A stretch of 64,000 nt of DNA, taken from assembly GCF_963921235.1 (NCBI RefSeq), contig NC_086101.1:6512001-6576000 (forward strand), written 5' to 3'. The position numbers and the translations under genes were made by a program. Below, in pieces: positions 13,290 through 25,959 of this stretch (position 1 is its first letter; every line of letters starts with the position of its first letter). The notes under the pieces are model-generated. The model was not told where the DNA came from, searched no databases, and was given only the letters and a program-made list of their open reading frames with translations. Source of the stretch: Mobula hypostoma (Eukaryota).

Positions 13290-14806
13290 AGACCATAAAA
13301 TGTAGGAGAAGAATTAGGTCATTTGGGCTCTCAAGTCTCTTCACCATTTCATCATGACTGATTCAATTTTCCCCTCAGCCCCAATCTCCTGGCTTCTCGC
13401 CGTAGCCCTTCGTGCTCTCACCAATCAAGAATCTATCAACCTCCTCCTTAAATATACATAAAGGCTTGGCCTCCACAGCCACCAAGTGGCAAAGAATTCC
13501 ACAGATTCACCACTCGCTGGATAAAGAAATTCCTCCTCACCTCCGCTCTAAAAGGACACCCTTCTATTCTGAGGCCGTGTCCTCTGGTGTTAAACTCTTC
13601 CACCATAGGAAACATTCTCACCACATCCACTCAATCAAGGATTTTGCCATTCAATAGGTTTCAATAAGGTCACCCTTTATTTTCTGAATCCTAGTCAATG
13701 CAAGCCCAGAGCCATCAAACGCTCTTCATATGACACTACTTCTATCAAAGTGCATGACCATACACTTCCTGACGCTATATTCCAGCTGCCATTTCTTTGC
13801 CCATTTTCCTAATCTACATCCTTCCGTAGCCTTTCTATTTCCTCAAAACTGTCTGCCACTCCACCTATCTTCATATTGTCAGCAAATTTTGCAACAAAGC
13901 CATCAATTCCATCATCCAAATCATTGACTATTAATCTAAAAAGAATTGGTACCAACACAGACCCCTGTGGAACACCACTGGTCACTGGCAGCCAGCCAGA
14001 AAAGGCTCCCTTTATTCCCACTCTTTGCCTCCTGCCAATCAGCCACTGCTTTATCCATGGTAGAATCATTCCTGTAATACCGTGGGCTCATAAAGGAATA
14101 GCTTGTTAAGCAGCCTCATGTGTGGCACCTTGTCAAAGTCCTTCTGAAAATCCAAGTACACGACATCAACCACTTTTCCTTTATCTATTCTGCTTGATAT
14201 TTCTTCAAAGAATTCCAACAGATTTGTCAGGCAAGATTTTCCCTTGAGGAAATCCATGCTGACTATGGCCTATTTTTCCAAGTGCCTCCAAGTACCCTGG
14301 GACCTCATCCTTAATAAACAACTCCAACATCTTCCCAACGACTGAGTTCAGACTAAGTGTCCTATAGTTTCCTCTCTTCTGCCCCTCTCCCTTCTTGAAG
14401 AGTGGAACAAAGGCTGCAATTTTCCAGTCTTCAGGAACCATTCTAGAATCTAGCGATTCTTGAAGGCCTCCATGATCCATTCTGCCACCTCTTTCCGAAC
14501 CCTGGGGTGTACCATTTGGTTTAGGTGACTTGTCTACCTTAAGACCTTTCAGTTTCCCAAGAACCTTCTCTCTAACTATGGTGACGTCACACACTTCATG
14601 GCCCCTGACACCTGGAGCTTCCACCATACTGCTAGTGTCTTTCACAGTGCAGACTGATGCAAAATATATGTTCAGTTTATCTGCCATTTTGTTGTCCATC
14701 ATTACTACCTCTCCAGCATTGTTTTCCAGCGGGCAGATATACACTCTCACCTCTCTTTTACACTTTATGTATCTGAAGAAACTTTTGGTATCTTTTTAAT
14801 AATATT
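13290..14806 (-). mobile_element. Older CR1, 3' part (host of the full-length CR1; 5' part continues at 19078-19715)
   Basis: Minus-strand RT fragments (KGKSCLTNLLEFFE, GVPQGSVL, KFAD); host sequence tttaataatatt|ggctagcttac rejoins across the insertion. Confidence 0.8.
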
Positions 14807-17800
14807 ACATAAGAACATAAGAAATAGGAGCAGGACTAGGCCATCCGGCCCATTGAGCCTGCCTCTCCAATAAGAACATGGCTGATCTGTCCGTAACCTC
14901 AGCTCCATCTACCTGCCTTTTCCCCATAACCTTTAATTCCCCTACTATGTAAAAATCTATCTAACTGTATCTTAAATATATTTAGTGAAGAAGCCTCAAC
15001 TGCTTCCCTGGGCAGAGAATTCCACAGATTCACCACTCTGGGAAAAACAGTTTCTCCTCATCTCCGTCCTAAATTCTCTTTCCTGAATCTTGAGGCAATG
15101 TCCCCTAGTTCTAGTCTCACCTACTAATGGAAACAACTTTCCTACTTCTATCTTATCTATCCCTTTCAAAGTTGTGTATGTTTCTATAAGATCCCCTGTC
15201 ATTCTTCTGAATTCTAGAGAGTCCCAGGCGACTCAATCTCGCCTCATAGATTAACCCCTTCATCCCTGGAATCAACCTGGTGAACCTCCTCTGCACTGCC
15301 TCCAAAGCCAATATATCCTTCCTCAAACATGGAGACCAGAACTGCACACAGTACTCCAGGTGCATCCTCACCAGTACCCTGTATAGTTACAGCATGGCCA
15401 TCCTGCTCTTGGATTCAATCCCTCGAGCAATGAAGGCCAATATTCTCTTTGCCTTCTTAATAACCTGTTGTACCTGCAAGCCAACTTTTTGTGATTCATG
15501 CACAAGCACTCCCAAGTCCCTCTGCACAACAGCATGCTTCAATCTTTCACCATTTAAATAATAATCTGCTCTTCTATTATTCCTTCCAAAGTGGATGATC
15601 TCGCATTTATCAACGTTGTATTCCATCTGCCACACCTTAGCCCACTCGCTTAACCTATCTATTTCCCTCTGCAGACTCTCCACATCCTCTGTACAATTTG
15701 CTTTTCCACTCAGTTTAGTGTCATCAGCAAATTTTGCTACGCTACACTCAGTCCCCTCTTCCAAATCATCAATGTAAATGGTAAACAGCTGCGGGCCCAG
15801 CACCGACCCCTGCGGCACCCCACTCACCACTGACTGCCAACCGGAGAAACACCCATTTATACCAACACTCTGCCTTCTATTGGTTAACCAATCCACTGTC
15901 CATGTCAAAACTCTTTCTCCGACTCCATGCACCCATATCTTATTTATAAGTCTCTTGTGCGGCACCTTACTGAATGCCTTCTGGAAATCCAAGTGTACGA
16001 CATCCACCTGTTCCCCTCTATCCACTGCACTCATTATGTACTCAAAGAACTCCAGTAAGTTTGTCAAACAGGACCTGCCCTTTCTGAATCCATGCTGTGT
16101 TTGTCTAATGGAATCACTCCTTTCTAAATGTTTTGCTATTTTTTCCTTAATGACAGCTTCAAGCATTTTCCCGACTGCAGATGTTAAGCTAACTGGCCTA
16201 TAGTTGCCCGTCTTTTGCCTACATCCTTTTTTAAAAAGTGGCATGACATTTGTTGTCTTCCAATCTGCCGGGACCTGCCCAGAGTCAAGAGAATTTTGAT
16301 AAATGATTACCAACGCGTCTACTATAACCTTCGCCAATTCCTTAAGCACTCTGGGATGCATCCCATTAGGACCAGGGGACTTATCTACCTTAAGGCCCTC
16401 CAGTTTGCTCATCACTATCTCTTTAGTGACAGTGATTTTATCGAGGTCCTCACCTCCCATTTCATCCATAACATTATTCTTTGGCATATTAGACATGTCC
16501 TCCGCCATGAAGACCGACACAGAATAGTCGTTCAATGCCTCAGCCATTTCCTTATCACCCAATATCAATATCCCCTTCTTGTCTTCCAAGGGACCTACAT
16601 TGACTTTAGCCACCCTCTTCCGCTTTATATATTTATAAAACGTTTGCTATCTGTTTTTATATTTTGTGCTAACTTACTTTCATACTCTATCTTCCCTTTA
16701 CTTATTTCTTGCTTAGTTGTTCTTTGTTGCTTTTTAAAGTTTTCCCAATCCTCCAGTCTCCCACTACTCTTCACAACTTTGTACACATGAGCTTTTAATT
16801 TGATACTATCTTTTATTTCCTTAGTTATCCAAGGCTGGCTCTCCCCACACTTACTGTGCTTACTTTTGACTGGAATATACTTTTGCTGAGCACTGTGAAA
16901 AATCTCTTTGAAAGTATTCCACTCTTCCTCAACTGTCCTACCAAATAGCCTGTGCTCCCAATCCACATTCGCCAACTTCTCCCTCATTCCATTGTAGTCT
17001 CCCTTGTTCAAGGATAACACATGAGTTTTAGATCTAACTATTTCATCCTCCATCTGAATGCAAAATTCAATCATACTATGATCACTCTTTCCAAGAGGAT
17101 CCCTGACTACAAGATCGTTAATCTTACCTGTCTCATTGCACAGGACTAGATATAAGATAGTATTTTCCCTTGTAGGTTCACTAACATGCTGCTCAAGAAA
17201 GCCATCACGGATGCATTCTATGAAGTCCTCCTCAAGACTTCCTGGACCAACCTGATTCACCCAATCTATGTGGAAGTTAAAATCCCCCATGACAACTGTC
17301 GTTCTGTTCTTACAAGCCTCAGTTATTTCTTGATTAATCGCCTGCAATAATCAAGAATTTTGCAGTATTTTTATTAGGTGGCTTATAGACAACACCCACC
17401 AGTGATTTTTTCCCTTTACTATTAATCTCTACCCAGATGGACTCAACATTCTGCTCCGTAGATCTTATGTTGTCTCTCACAGTCACCCTGATCTCATCCT
17501 TAATTAAGAGCACCACTCCACCTCCTTTGCCTTCCTGCCTATCTTTCCGTATTACCTGATACCCTTGGATATTTAATTCCCTGTCATCTCCACCTTGTGA
17601 CCAGGTTTCTGTAATGGCCACTGAATCATATGCCTTGGTACTGATCTGTGCCACAAGTTCACTCACCTTGTTTCTAATACTATGGGTATTTAGATAAAGT
17701 GCCCTTATACTTATTGTCCTTTTAGAATCTAGTGACCTCTGCGATTTTTGCTTTTTACTTTTATGCACTCTACTCTTATTTTTTTCTTCACTAACTTTAG

Positions 17801-19072
17801 CTTTGGTCTCTGCATCACTTCCCTCTTCTGTGTGGGTTCCCATCCTCCTGCCATATTAGTTTAAAGCCTCCCCAACAGCACTAGCAAACAATCTCCCTAG
17901 GAATTCGATCCCAGCCCTGCCCAGATGTAAACCGTCCAGACGGTACTGGTCCCACCTCCCCCGGAAGCGGTTCCAAAGCCCCAAGAATCTGAAACCCTCC
18001 CTCCTGCCCCACTGCTCAAGCCACACATTCATTCTAGCTATCCTGCTATTCCAACTCTGGCTAGCACGTGGCATCGGTAATAATCCTGAGATTATTACCT
18101 TACAGGTCCTACTCTTTAATTTATCTCCTAACTTCCTAAATTCAGCTTGTAGGACCTCATCCTGCTTTCTTTCTATATCATTAGTACCTATACGCACCAT
18201 GACAGCTGGCTGCTCATCCTCCCCTTTCAGAATGCCCTGCAGCCTCTCCGAGACATCTCTGACCCTTGCACCCAGGAGGCAACATACCATACAGGAGTCC
18301 TGTTTGCGGCTATAGAAGCTCCTCTCTATTCTCCTTACCATGGAATCCCCGACCACAACAGCTCCGTCACTCTTTTTCTTGCCCTCATGCACAGCAGAGC
18401 CACCCACGGTGCCATGATCCTGGCTACCGCTGCCTTCACCTGATGAGCCATCTCCCCCAACACACTGCAAAACGGCATATCTGCTTTGGAAGGAGATGAC
18501 CGCAGGAGACTCCTGTACTACCTTCCTGCTACTTCTCTTCCTGTTGGTCACCCATTCCCTATCTTGCCTTAGATCCTTAAACTGCGGTGTAATCAACGCA
18601 CTAAATGTGCTACCCACAATATTCCCAGCATCTCAGATGTTCCAAAGTGAGACCGTGCGCAGCTCCAGTGCACATGTAGTCTTCAGGGACACTGTCAGCC
18701 TCCCTGCGTTCCCACGTGTCACAGGAGGAGCACGGCATGGGTCTGAACTCACGTGCCATGTCAGAGCAACGGATGTTAGCAGAAGAGGACCACGGGAGAA
18801 AGGGAAGAGTCCGCTGGGGAAGCCGAAGGCTGTTATCTGTGAATGTCTGCGAATCACTTCTTCGCCTTAACTCTTCTTTGCTGAAGCCCCGTTTGAGCCG
18901 AAGCCCTCTCACTCCACTGCCCGCTGCATATGGCAGTCTTTTTCAACCTTTCCCGCTCTCTACTGGCTGACGTCACATGCCTGCGCAGTCTTGCCTCTCT
19001 TTACCCCGAGCAGTAGAATGCCTCCTCTCCGAAAATTCTTTCAGATGTTTCACTCGCAGCCTTCTTGCTTCG
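14807..19072 (-). mobile_element. Full-length (about 4.27 kb) decayed CR1 LINE: 5'UTR, ORF1 (Cys motif plus SGNH esterase), ORF2 (EN-RT)
   Basis: ORF1 17856-18617 with VVVGDSMVR, VRIGTND, DGLHL; CSSC motif upstream; ORF2 pieces 17334-17843, 16625-17347, 15387-16613 (KFADDTKL); tail (TTCTTATG)n; atatt duplicated at 14802-14806 and 19073-19077. Confidence 0.9.
18968..18988 (-). promoter_or_regulatory. CRE palindrome plus NRF1-like site in the CR1 5'UTR (candidate internal promoter)
   Basis: TGACGTCA at 18968-18975 followed by tgcctgcgca, about 100 nt inside the element's 5' end. Confidence 0.4.
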
Positions 19073-19940
19073 ATATTGGCTAGCTTACTGTTGTATTCCA
19101 TCTTTACCTTCTTAATGACTTTTTTTGTTGCCTTCTGTTGTTTTTAAATCTTCCCAGTCCTCTAACTTCCCACTAACTTTTTGCTCTATTATATCCCTCT
19201 CTTTGGCTTTTATGTTAGCTTTGACTTCTCTTGTTAGCCATGGTTGTGTTATCTTTCCTTCAGAATACTCCTTCCTCTTTAGGATGTATGTATCCAGTGC
19301 CTTCTGAATAGCTTCCAGAAATTCCAGCCATTGCTGCTCTCCCAACATACTTGTCAGTATTCTTTTCCAATTAATACTGGCCATCTTCTCTCTCATGCCT
19401 CTGTAATTCCCTTTACTACACTGTAATACTGATATATCTGACTTTAGCTTTAACTTCTGATATTTCAGGGTGAATTCAGTCATATTATGATCACTTGCCC
19501 ATAAAGGTTCTTTTACTGTAAGCTCTCTAATCAATTCTGGCTCATTGCACAAAGTCCAATTCAGAATAGCTGATCCTCTTGTGGATTCAACCACGAACTG
19601 CTATATAATGCCATCTCATAGGCACTCTAGAAATTCGCCCTCCCGGAATCCAGCACCAACCTGATTTTCCTAATCTACCTGTATATTGAAGTCACCCATG
19701 ACTATTGTAACATTTGTATGTGGATATTGAAGGCAAATACAGTACATCTACTGGGTGCTTGAACAAAATGGCTCATTAGCTCAATTCAGCAAGCAGATGA
19801 ATCAACCATATTGTCAGGCCTATGAACAGATGTGTCCTCACATGAAGAATAATGATGAATCAGATAGGTTTTTATAGCAAATTGGTGCTTTCATGGTCAA
19901 TGCAAGGGTTTTAATCAGAATCAGAACTGGGCTTGTTGTC

Positions 19941-20350
19941 GTCATCGTCGTGACTATCCCTCGAGGTCGAGGATGATGGTCTTCGTTCTGAAGAAGTGGC
20001 CCACAGAGCGAAGACGCCTGTGTGTGTATTTGTTTAACGTGTACTTGATGTTGCACTCCAAGAAGCACACGATACTTCACAAATCAACCAACTGATTCCA
20101 ATGGCATGGAAACCACGACGATTGGAGCTGATGGATTTGTTGCAGCCTTCATCCACCTTCACAGCTGTTGAGTTCGAAGTAACTTCGTCCGCCTGTTCCA
20201 CCGTTGAGGTCTTGGTTGGATTGTTCTTTGTCAGGGACCTCACCGCCATGGGTGACCCTACCAGGAGCATAGCTCCAGACGGCATCGCTCTCGGGATTAC
20301 AGGACCACACAAGCTTCTCCACCGCGACAAGGTGACAATGCACAGAGAAG
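19941..20350 (-). mobile_element. Non-autonomous RTE-derived short retroelement, copy 1
   Basis: RTE/Rex3/BovB-type 5' motif ACCTTGTCGCGGTGGAGAAGCTTG...GGTAGGGTCACCC; (GAC/GAT)n tail; TSD gcttgttrtc at 19931-19940 and 20351-20360; very similar to 60853-61271. Confidence 0.8.
20219..20350 (-). ncRNA. Candidate HDV-like ribozyme (copy 1, 12-nt deletion in the P4 domain)
   Basis: P1 CTTCTCT/GGAGAAG, P2 ATTGT/ACAAT, P3 ACC/GGT, L3 TTGTCGC, J1/4 CT, J4/2 GA-C-AAA. Confidence 0.55.
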
Positions 20351-20547
20351 GCTTGTTATCACTGACATATTGTATGTTATGAAATTTGTTGTTTTGGGCC
20401 AGCAGTAAAAATACTCCGTTACAAAAACAAATATATAAAAATTATAGTGTAAAAAGGGCAAAATGGTGAGGTTCTGTTCATAGATTCATGGACCATTCAG
20501 AATTCTGATAGCAGAAAGGGGGGAAAAAACTGTTTCTAAAATGTTGA

Positions 20548-21250
20548 GTAACACACACAAAATGGTGGAGGAACTCAGCAGGCCTGGTAGCATTGATGGA
20601 AAGGAGTAAACAGTCGTCGTTTCAGGCTGAGATCCGTCATCAGGTCTGGAAAGGAAGGGGGAAGAAACCAGAGTAAGAAAGTGGTGGGGAGGGGAGGGAA
20701 AGGAGCTCAAGTTGGAAGGTGATAGTTGAAGTTGGGTAAGGGGGAAGGTAGGTGAGTGGGGCAGGGGATTGAAGTGAGAAGCTGGGAGGCGATAGGTCAA
20801 AAAGGGAAAGGGCTGAAGAAGGAGGAATCTGATAGGAGAAGAGTGTGGATCATTGGAGAAGGGGAAAGAGGGAGGGCAGCAATGGGAGGAGATAGGCAAG
20901 TAAAGAGAAGAGAAGAGGTAAGGGGGAGCAAGAATGGAAATGCAAGAAGAGGGAAGGGGGGGGAAATTACTGGAAGTTGGAGAATTTGGTGTTCGTGCCA
21001 TCAGGTTGGAGGCTACCCAGACGGAATATACAGTGGCCTCATTGTGGCAATAGAGGAGCTCATGGGCTGCCGTGTTGGAATGGGATGGGGACTGGAATTA
21101 AAATGGTTGGCCAGCGGGACATCCTGCTTATTATGAATAAACCGAGGATGGTCGACAAGCAGTCCCCCAATCAACATCTGGTCTCACCAATTTTGAGGAG
21201 GCCGCATCGAGAGAACCAGATACAGGAGATGACCCCAAAAGACTTTGTGA
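20548..21250 (-). mobile_element. Penelope-like element fragment (GIY-YIG remnant, pyrimidine tract, decayed hammerhead at 20610-20649)
   Basis: Minus strand reads GVISCIWFSRCGLLKIGETRC and a FRLGSLQP-like remnant; CTGATGA...GAAAC motif. Confidence 0.7.
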
Positions 21251-21259
21251 AATAATTGG

Positions 21260-22600
21260 AATGGCTGGTAATGGATGATTTAAAGTCCAAACTTACGGCT
21301 ACATTGCACCTTTTCATCTGCTGCTCTACTGATGATGCCATAGCCTTGGCCTTCAACTCTGACCTGCTCTGTCCCACCTGGAGAGCAATTCCTCATGCAG
21401 CAGAGTGTTCTTCATCAACTCCACCTCTGTGTTTAGCACTATCATCCCTCAGAGGCTGCTGGGTAAATTGTGCTTGTTGAGGCTCATCGTCCCTCTCTGT
21501 AAATGGGTCTTGGGCTTCCTCACGGAAAGACCCCAGTCAATCGGAGTTGGCAGCAACATCTCGAGCTCCATCGCACTAAGCACCGGTGGCTCCCAGTGCG
21601 GTCTGCTCAGCCCACTGTTGACTCTTGACTGCACTGCCAGATTCAACTCAACCCCATCAGCAAGTCTGCTGATCATACTACAGGTCCTGCTGCACGGACG
21701 GCAACTCAGTCCACATCATACTACAGTGGTTGGCCTCATCGGTAACAATGATGAGTCGGCATACGGAGAGGAGGTAGAGAGCCTTGTCAAACGGTGTGAG
21801 AACAACAATCTGAGTCTCGACATGGACAAGATAGAAGAGATGGTTGTGGTCTTCAGGGAGGTACGGGTCGACCACTCCCCATTGCTCATCAATGTCTCTG
21901 CCACACAGAGAGAGAAAAGCACAAAGTTCCTTGGTGTGCACATAACGGATGATCTAACCTGGACGCACAACTCCTCCTCACTAGTCATGAAGGCACAGCA
22001 GAGTCTACAACTTTAGAGGAGATTGAGGTGTGCAAGACTCTCTGCCCCCATTCTAACAGCTTTACACAGGAGTACCATTGAGATTCTCCTGTCTGGCTGC
22101 ATCACTGTGTGGTATGGAAGCTGCAAGACATTGGATCACAAGACCCTATGGAGGACAGTAAAACCACCGAGAGGATCACTGGGGGTCTCCCCCCTATTTG
22201 TGATATTTATCAGGAGCGATGTAGACGAAGGGCCCGAGACTTTGTTGAGGACCCCTCCCACCCATCCCACAATCTCTTTGATCCACAAATGCCAGTCATT
22301 AAGGAGGATCAGGAGCATCAGGAATAGGACTTGTAAGACTGGGTAACAGGTCCTTCACTCAGGCTGTGAGACTAACGTACACCCTACCACCACTGAGGTC
22401 TCATCACTAGGACGCAAGCTGTTTACTGTTTACACGTGCTGAGCACTACATGCATTTTGAATTACATTTTATTATTTAAGGTAATATATTGGTGTATGTA
22501 CAGTGTGTGATATATGTTTTGTGGGTGCACTGTGCTCCAGAGCAATGTTTCAGTTGGTTGTGTACGTATGCAGTCAGATGACAAGAAACTTGAACTTGAA
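21260..22600 (+). mobile_element. Old Rex1/Babar-like LINE RT fragment
   Basis: STDDAIALA, TTVVGLIGNNDESAY, KFLGVHITDDLTW, SGCITVWYG; tail aaacttgaacttgaactt. Confidence 0.75.
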
Positions 22601-23574
22601 CTTGCAGGGGAAGTGTTGCCTCATCTGGAAGGACAGTTTTAGACCCTCAGTGGAGGTGGGAACCATCCTAAAATGTTGGGTGTGCATTTTCAGGCTCTCG
22701 TACCTCCTACCTGATGCTTGCAATGAGAGCAGGGCGTGTCCTGGGCGATGGGGGTCCTTAAAGATGGATGCCCTCATTTAGTGGCATCGTCTTTTGAAGA
22801 TGTTCTCAGTGGTGGGGAGGCTGGTTCTCATGATGGAGCTGGCTGAGTCTAAACCCTCTGCAGCATCTTCTGATCCTGTGTATTAGAGCCACCATACCAG
22901 ATGGTGATGCAACTAATCAGAATGCTCTCCACGGTACATCTGTAGAAATTTATGAGAGTCATTGGTGACATAGCAAAACTCCTCAAACTCCTAAATAAGT
23001 ACGGTATAGTTGTTGGTGTGCCTTCCTTATGATTCTATCAATGTGTTGGGCCCGGGACGGATCCTCTGAGATCAGCCCCCTGTGGCAACAAATTCCACAG
23101 ATTCACCACTCCCTGGCTAAAGCAATTTCTACTCATCTCCGTTCTAAAAGGACAGCTCCTAATTTTGAGGCTGTGTCCTCTGGTCTTAGACTCTCCCACC
23201 ATAGGGAACATCCTCTCCACATCCACTCTGTCAAGAGAGAGGCCACCCCTTCATTCTTCTGAATTCCAAGGAGCAGAGGCCCAGAGCCATCAAACGCTCC
23301 TCAAATGACAAGCTTCTCAATCCGGGAATCATTTTCATGAACCTCCTTTGAATGCTGTCCAATGCCATCACGTCCTTTCTCAGATAAGGGACTCAAAACT
23401 GCCCACAATACTCTTAAGTGAGGCCTCGTCAGTACTTTATAAAGCCTCAACATTACACCTTTGCATTTATATTCTCCTCTTGAAATGAATGCTGACATCA
23501 CACTTGCCTTCCTCACTACCAACCCAACCTGCATATCAACTTTTAGGGTTTCCTGCACGAAGTCCCTTTGTAGA

Positions 23575-23939
23575 AGGATTTCCCAGTGCTGTTTCCGTAC
23601 CAGTTTTGTTTTACCAGTGAGGGTTGTTAGCCCTGAGCTGCCAAACCTGGGGGACTAGTGGACCACCCTGAGTCTGGCCTCTAACCTTTGCCTGTTTGAG
23701 GTAGGTGACCCTACCAAGAGCCAAAGTGTGAAGCCCTGACTCCAGCCAACATAGGTCAGGGTCATGGAAGCACACAAGCCTTCAAAGCATAACAAGGTTG
23801 TGGTCCGTAAGACCATACGACATAGGAGCAGAAATAGGCCATTCGGCCCATTGAGTCTGCTCTGCCATTCAATCATGTGCTGATCCAATTCTTCCAGTCA
23901 TCCCCACTCCCCTGCCATCTCCCCATACCCTCTTGGAGG
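23575..23939 (-). mobile_element. Older RTE-related 5' segment with a decayed HDV-like fold, interrupted by a CR1 3' end (23807-23930)
   Basis: P1 CCTCCAA/TTGAAGG, P2 GGACCAC/GTGGTCC, L3 TTGTTAT, J1/4 CT, shared CTTGTGTG and GGTAGGGTCACC, downstream GGGCTAACAACCC...GTAAAAC typical of RTE 5'UTRs. Confidence 0.6.
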
Positions 23940-23944
23940 ACAAG

Positions 23945-25100
23945 AGTTGAATTGAATTGAATTGACTTTATTTCTTACATCCTTCACATACATGAGAAGT
24001 AAAAATCTCTACGTTACGTCTCCATTTAAATGTGTAATGTGCAATCATAGTAATTTATAATAAATAGAACAGTCAATGTAATATAGAGTACACTCAATTC
24101 AGCATGTATTAATCAGTCTGATGGCCTGGTAGAAGAAGGTGTCCCGGAGCATGTTGATCCTGGCTTTTATGCTGCAGTACTGCTTCCCGGATGGTAGCAG
24201 CTGGAATAGATTGTGGTTGGGATGGCTTGGGTCCCCAAACATCCTACGGGCCCTTTTTACACACCTGTCCTTGAAAATGTCCTGAATCATGGGAATTTCA
24301 CAATTACAGATGTGCTGAGCCGTCCACACCACTCTCTGCAGAGTCCTGTGATTAAGGGAAGTACAGTTCCTGTACCAGGCAGTGATGCAGCCAATAAAGC
24401 TGCTCTCAGTTATGCCTTGCAGAAAGTTTTTAGGATCTGGGGGCCCATACCAAACTTCTTCAACTACCTGAGGTGAAAGAGGCCTTTTTCACCACAGCTG
24501 GTATGTACAGACCATGTGAGATCGTCAGTGATGTGGATGCTGAGGAACTTGAAGCTGTTCACCCTCTCAACCCCAGATCCATTGATGTCAGTAGGGGTTA
24601 GCCTGTCTCCATTCCTCCTGTAATCCACAACCAGCTCCTTTGATTTTGCGACATTGAGGGAGAGGTTGTTTTCTTGACACCACTGTGTCAGGGCGATGAC
24701 TTCTTCCCTGCAGGCCACCTTATTATTGTTTGAGATTAGGCCAATCAATGTAGTGTCATCAGCCAATATAATTAGCAGATTGGAACTGTGGGTGGCAATG
24801 CAGTTATGGGTATACAGGGAGTAAAGGAGGTGACTCAGTACACAGCCCTGAGGGGCAACTGTGTTGAGAGTCAGAGGGTTGGAGGTGAGGGAGTCCATTC
24901 TTACAACCTGTCAGCGATCTGACAGGAAGTCCAGGATCCAGCTGCACAAAGCAGGGTGAAGGCCAAGATCTCTAAACTTGTCGAGCCTGGATGAAACTAT
25001 GGTGTTGATTGCTGAACTGTAGTCCGAGAACAGCATTCCCACAAAAGCATCCTTCTTCTGCAGATGTGTAAGGACGATATGTAGAGCAGTGGCTATCGCG
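23945..25100 (-). mobile_element. Rex1/Babar-clade LINE 3' portion, same family as 6185-8335, inverted
   Basis: APQGCVLSHLLYSLYTHNC, LSLNVAKSKELVVDY; reverse-complement tail gaattgaattgactttatt. Confidence 0.85.
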
Positions 25101-25242
25101 TCATAAAATATTATTGATACGTATAAATAATAGTAGAACAGGATATTATTGATATACAGAGTAATATTGGAACATAGAATATCATTGAAGCTGTGAACGC
25201 CCATGATATGTGTCAATTGTACCTGTTTGATTTCACTCGCAG

Positions 25243-25380
25243 GCTTTGAAAGGGTTGGCGATTGATCGACACCTGTTGGGGCTGAAGCTGCAGGCTATTG
25301 AAGAAGGGCTGAGTGTGCCGGAGATCTTCATGGACACGTCTTTTGCTGTGGCGACGCACTGGAGACTCTCCACAGGGCAG
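25243..25380 (+). CDS. CRAT-like gene, 138-nt penultimate coding exon
   Basis: tttcactcgcag acceptor, gtgtgt donor; [46 protein letters not shown] versus human [46 protein letters not shown]. Confidence 0.95.
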
Positions 25381-25959
25381 GTGTGTCTGGGCTATGAGCA
25401 GGGAGTTCCACCGCTACCCGTTAGCATCTGCCCTTCATTCCTCTCCATAGATGCTGCCTGACCCGACTTCCTCAGCATTTTGTGTGTGTTGCTCGAGACC
25501 TCCAGCATCTGCAGAACCTCTTGTGGTTGGACATCCTTTGATTTTGAGAACCCTCTCTGGGAGGTCTGTGAACAGATGTGTTCTCATATGAGGAACACTG
25601 CTGGACCAGATGTGTTTATGAAATAATTGGCTGGTTTCATGGTAGCATGATGGTCAGTGTGAAAGATTTATTTATTTATTTTTTATTTGGAGACACAGCA
25701 TGCTAACATGCTCCTCTGGCCTAAACCTGCACAACCCATTTGCGCCCATGTTGCGTCTTTGAAACACAGGAGGAGAGCGGAGCACCCAGAGGAAACCCAC
25801 GTAGTCACGGGAAGAATGTACGAACTCTTCACAGAGAGGGGCAGGAGATGAATCAGGGTTGCTGGTGCTGTAACAGTAAAAACACTAACCACTTGCTATC
25901 ATGGTGCTATTTGAGATCAGAGTGAGTTCTCTTAACGTTGGAACTTTTCTCTTTTATAG

